NCBI GenBank assembly: GCA_030141605.1
Contig: JAQGDQ010000001.1
Coordinates: 1-64,000 of the forward strand
Direction: 5' to 3'
DNA length: 64,000 nucleotides
Source: Tubiluchus corallicola
Lineage: Eukaryota > Animalia > Priapulida
Each line of letters opens with the position of its first letter. Within the stretch, counting starts at the first letter, position 1. The notes beneath the pieces are model-generated. The model was not told where the DNA came from, searched no databases, and saw nothing but the letters and a program-made list of their open reading frames with translations. Positions 59,182 through 64,000 of the stretch are shown here, piece after piece. A program made the position numbers and the translations under genes.

Positions 59182-62100
59182 TCAAAACATTCCTTTTGCC
59201 ATTTTACGATCAGCTAAAGCTTTTCTGTTATGATTAGCCCGCGATCCTTTATGCTTTTCTTTGGCTCTTCTTGCTTGGAGTACTTTAGAACCTTGCCCCT
59301 GCCCTTTAGATTTACCTGTTACGTCCTTTGGTGAGCGTGGTTGATTAATTTTTTTGCCTTGTGATGCCCGTCTTTCTGCTGCTCGTTCTCTCAATACTGC
59401 TGGATCTTCTATAAATTGATCCTTTGAATACTGTTCATTCTGTACAAAAGACAGAAGTAGTAATAAATAATCTGCAATAATTATAAGTTGTAAGGTTGTT
59501 ACAAGTTCTTGTGAGATAGATTTAGTAAAATTTCAAAACTTCGGCTGTAAATACAAATAGAGTGAAGGAGAAAACGGACAAAAATTAACTAATCCTTTGT
59601 CCCCAGTGTCTACAAGTCATATTTTCTTTACTTATTAATGAATCAAAACTTTTGAATTGTGGTAGAGGGATTATCAGCTTGAATAGTCTGGAATTTAAAT
59701 TAAATTTATTTGTAATATTGCTGAAAGTGCAAAAAGACCATTTATAATATGTAAAGATTTTGACAATACCTTGTCATCAGGCTCATCATTGCCATCATCT
59801 TCATAATCGGTGCTAATGTCACTGTCATTAGTTTTGCCAAACACCTTTGGTTTAGCAAAAAATCTGCAAATTTCAAACACTAAAACGTTTCTGTTATGTT
59901 AGGCTAAGTTTTATTTCAGTTATTTTCAGTTTGATTTTTTTTATTATGCACTTATTATTACTGTATATGTCAATTTAATGTCATTCGTAACAATTAATTT
60001 TTATTATAACAGTACTAAAACTAACACACTGTAGCATAGCGCCTATAAAAAAATGTTCATCACTAACCAAAGGGCAGCTGACTAGATGACCAATTGGTCT
60101 TTTGCTGCCCTTTCTTTACATTTTTGTTTCCAAATTAATTGTGCTATAACCGTGCATGTGTTACAAGATAAATAAAAAGATTATTATTATTAAGAAATCA
60201 AATGAATGCTAATATGTAATGGTTAATACTGCAATACTTGTGTATATACTTTTGCATTATGCGCTAAAATATCAATTTGTTAAACACGATACAGAAAAGC
60301 TTTGAAAAGCAACTTAATGGAAGCCAGAGCCAGCTATTGCAATTTGTGTTTGTTTCCAACACTGCTAACATTAGATTTTCACATTGAGTCTTACAAGTGC
60401 TTCTTGAAAATAAGTACCTGAATCAATAAATGTAAGCATTTCTACTCGGAGAGCAAAAATCTTTTATTATTGGATTGTCAAAAATTCATCGACACAAGCA
60501 GTATGAAATACTTATTGACACAATATAAAACAGTTTCTTTTTACCTTTCAGTACTGTTTTGCAGGAGTTAGATTTCATAAACTGTCAGTCTGAATACACA
60601 TGAAAATAATCAATAGTAGATAATATCAGTATATAAAATTTAAGTGGCAGAAAAAACAGATACCTAAACTTGGACAAAAGCTCATCAGCAGAATCGGCAT
60701 CATCAGCTCCTACTTGACTTTCGTCATACGTATCATCATACTCATCGTCATACACAGCTGTTTCATAAGCTTCGTCATTTACAGATGAGTAGCGCTCATA
60801 GATGAATGATTTCAGCTTGTCTATTTCACTCTTATCTTCCAGAATTTCTTCTGAAACCTTTTCTCTACAAAGGAAAACAAGGAAGTATTTATCAGATGCC
60901 CAACATATTACGAATGGTCAGATAAACAAAAGTCTATTTTTGTGGAATAACCGTCAATTTAGCTTGCAATAGCGCCAGTAAAAGGGAAACAGCAAATTCC
61001 AACAGCTAAAATGCAGTTTATTTTAAATGAACTCGACAAGAAAATATACTAGGCTATAGTAAAAGGTCTAGTTAATTAGACCGCCATCGTCGAGATGATG
61101 TCCTCGACCAAGACGCATTACCTAACTCTCATTCATCATCATCATCTCCTTACATTCTGCACTGTTAACACAAACACAACCAATAATATTGGCGTAGTCA
61201 CAAAGTCAGAAGCAATTTTAGTAATACGAGATGACTTACTTTTTCTGAAGTATGATACGTGATGGATCTATCCGATCTTGTGTAAAAACGTCGAATGCGT
61301 CTCCATCAAAAACATTTGCTCTCTTAGCAAGAATGCTAGATTTCTCAACTTTTTTCTGTTTTCTAGTGCCAGTAAAAAAATCAGTTTTCACCAAATTTCG
61401 TATAATTTGGTAGTAACAAAGGAATATGACAAAATGACTTTTTAGGGTTAAGTACACCGTCGAATCCTGGTAATACGATTCAGCTTATAATGAAATGCTC
61501 AGTAGAACGATGGTATTAATATGTCCCTGCTAAGGTTATAATAAAACCTATGTAATCACTTGTGCTTAATACGAAACTCCTTACTATGCAAACCCTGTTT
61601 TATACGATGATTTCTTAATACGAGTTAAATATAAAAAACACTTGTAATACGATTTCTGCTGTGGCCTGCCACATCTAGATACTCTTCACCTGTTGCTAAC
61701 CATAACTATAGCTTAGTTGATTGTTTTTACAACTCATTACACCGCATAAAGTAATGTACATATGTACAGTATCATGGCCAGGTCTACTGTTCATTCAATC
61801 AGTCAAACATATATAGATTTAAATGCCACCAGTCAAATTATTAATTTCCGAAAAGACTTTGGCTTCCCACTGTGATAGCAATTATGTAGTTTAAATCACC
61901 AATGTTTGTTGTAGCCCGCTGTTTACAGATACCGAATTATACATGTAATACTAAAGCCGCAAACTCTCTGGTACCACCAACTCTCTTGCTTGCAGGCTTG
62001 CTTCAAATGCACTAGACTGACTGGCAGCATGTTGTTTGTAATTTATACTTGTGGGAAACTGAGGTTAAACGAACTTAAATTACATTCACTGATTAAAAGA

Positions 62101-63276
62101 TAACCAAAAAGATAACCAATGTAGAGGTCATGTAATTGCTACTTTACATTTGAAATAAATTACATTAGGAGTTAATAAAAATGTACGCAATGGTAGTACG
62201 AAACACGCTTAATAAGAAAAAAATATCTGGGTCCCGTGAAAATCGTATTACCGGGATTCGACTGTATTTAGCTTAACACAATGCAATACAATATAATATT
62301 ATTTGTGGCTTCCATCTGCAGCAAGTAAGATACGAAACCTGAATACGAATACTTTATTACTATACGTTTTTACATATTAGTACTTAGATTCATAACCAAC
62401 ATCATTATCATCACTATTCTGCCATTAGGGACTAGTGATTCTGTTATTTTCTGGTGAAAAATTTAGATGTAGCATTTCGCTTTTTGACAGTACATAGTGC
62501 TATTCCAATTAAGTTTATAAAATTAAAATACAGGAGTAACAGGACCCATACTTTCTGACATTCTTTCATTAAATAAAAGGTTTAGTAGTGATATAATATC
62601 ATTCATGTCTGCTTACATTAGGTAGGTTAATAATCACAAATGCAGTGAATGCATTGATGAGGCCAAAGTAGCTGTCGAATTAATAACAACCTTTTCATTT
62701 GTCTGTCTAACTTCTGCAAGTCTTCTGGCAAGGAATCACACAGCAAGATGTTTAAAACTTTTTCAACTTCAAAATTATAATGCTCCAGACACTTCTGAAA
62801 TTAAAAAACGAAGAATACCTACAATTTTAAGGTTAAAATTTACATTTCCAATAAACATGATATAATTTGTCTTTTGACCACATAATGCATACATTAAAAA
62901 GAAACATTTAAACAACAGCCTATTGAAAACATTAGCTATTATGCATGTTTTATGAAATACATTAGCGACTTTTAATAATTCTACATACAATAGTAACTTA
63001 TATATGTTACATATATTGACATATTATATTGTCAATTTTGCCAATAATCTTTTACTTAGATCTAAACAACTTTTAACATATAGTAACCATCATGTACAGT
63101 ACTAACGTTTATATCAAAACCATTTTCGTGTAGGATAATATTTTAACACTTACCACAATAAATCCTTCTCCAAAATCAGGTAAAATGTCTTTTACCTGGG
63201 TAACTAAACTTTCAAGTTCCACTGCTGATGGTACCACAGAAGCTGTTGCTCCAAGCTCACTGTGCAATAAACTATC
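59182..63276 (-). CDS. ASCC2: Activating signal cointegrator 1 complex subunit 2, 3' exons including the CUE domain (gene continues beyond the window)
   Basis: In-frame exons 63276-63154 (QVKDILPDFGEGFI), 62794-62691 (CLEHYNFEVEKVLN), 61362-61240 (RANVFDGDAFDVF), 60864-60664 (YDDEYDDTYD), 59863-59770 and 59439-59182 (EDPAVLRERA..RANHNRKALADRKMAKGMF). A further exon at 63957-63867 is phase-compatible but tentative. Confidence 0.93.
61455..62264. mobile_element. Non-autonomous pogo/Tigger-like element in an ASCC2 intron
   Basis: TIRs GTCGAATCCTGGTAATACGATT and (rc) GTCGAATCCCGGTAATACGATT, with TA on both flanks. Confidence 0.85.
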
Positions 63277-64000
63277 CTGTAAGCAAACTTTGTAATTTAG
63301 GTGATTGGCACATAAAGGTATTTCTGAACTAAAATAAAAAGGAAATAAAAAATAAAAGAACATTTTTAAAATAGAAAAATATTCTAAAATGCATTTCTGC
63401 TCTAAACAGTTTTTCCTAGTTATTTTATTTTATTGAACTTCCTGTTAACAAATTATGGTACAATTAGCATCCTGTTTAATTATCTAGCATTTGCCTGGAA
63501 CTCAATATCCACCATTGTCAATTAACAACTAGCATTCCACCTTCATTGTAATATAAGCAAGCTCACGAGAGATTGGAACAATGTTGAACAACAACACTCT
63601 TTCGTAAACAACACGATAACAAATGTCTAATCAGCAGATAAACCGAATGTTTTTTGTAAACAAAAATTTGTAGAGCAGCAGTTATTTTTATGCGAAATTA
63701 AAACTTCAAGTACCCAATAAATGGCTTCACAATTTAAGCAGAAAAAGGAGCGACAGTTTCATTGAACTACAAAATGCATAGATGTGAGTGCCTTACTGGG
63801 TCATTATCATAAAGGAACTGAGCCAGTAAGCTTAGCTTTAAGACAACTGGCAACAAAAATATTTACTGAAGTCTCTCTTGCCGTTGAACAATTTGAACAT
63901 ATGAACTCATTATAACTTGGATATATTTGCAAGCCTTTATCCACTTTTTGTATCTTTCTAACAGTTTGTTATGCCATGGAAATGGAATGATTGTTCCATT

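Overview
AT-rich, intron-containing eukaryotic DNA from an invertebrate animal (the CISD3 sequence looks arthropod-like, but the species cannot be fixed from sequence alone). Reading GT-AG splice sites by hand gives six host genes: the 3' part of PIP4K2 (+), CISD3/MiNT (-), SPAG6 (+, head-to-head with CISD3), two tandem full-length HPRT paralogs (+), and the 3' part of ASCC2 (-). The introns hold RTE-type LINE pieces, a TIR-bounded P-element/THAP transposon, several MITEs, a foldback and local duplications. The most unusual signal is in CISD3, where the exon carrying the first half of [2Fe-2S] site 1 occurs twice in diverged, intact form (the second copy is not in the ORF track), with a candidate alternative start lacking the presequence. 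Also notable are the PIP4K2-CISD3-SPAG6-HPRT neighbourhood, which echoes human 10p12/17q12, and active-site divergence in one HPRT copy. All gene models are manual predictions without transcript support.
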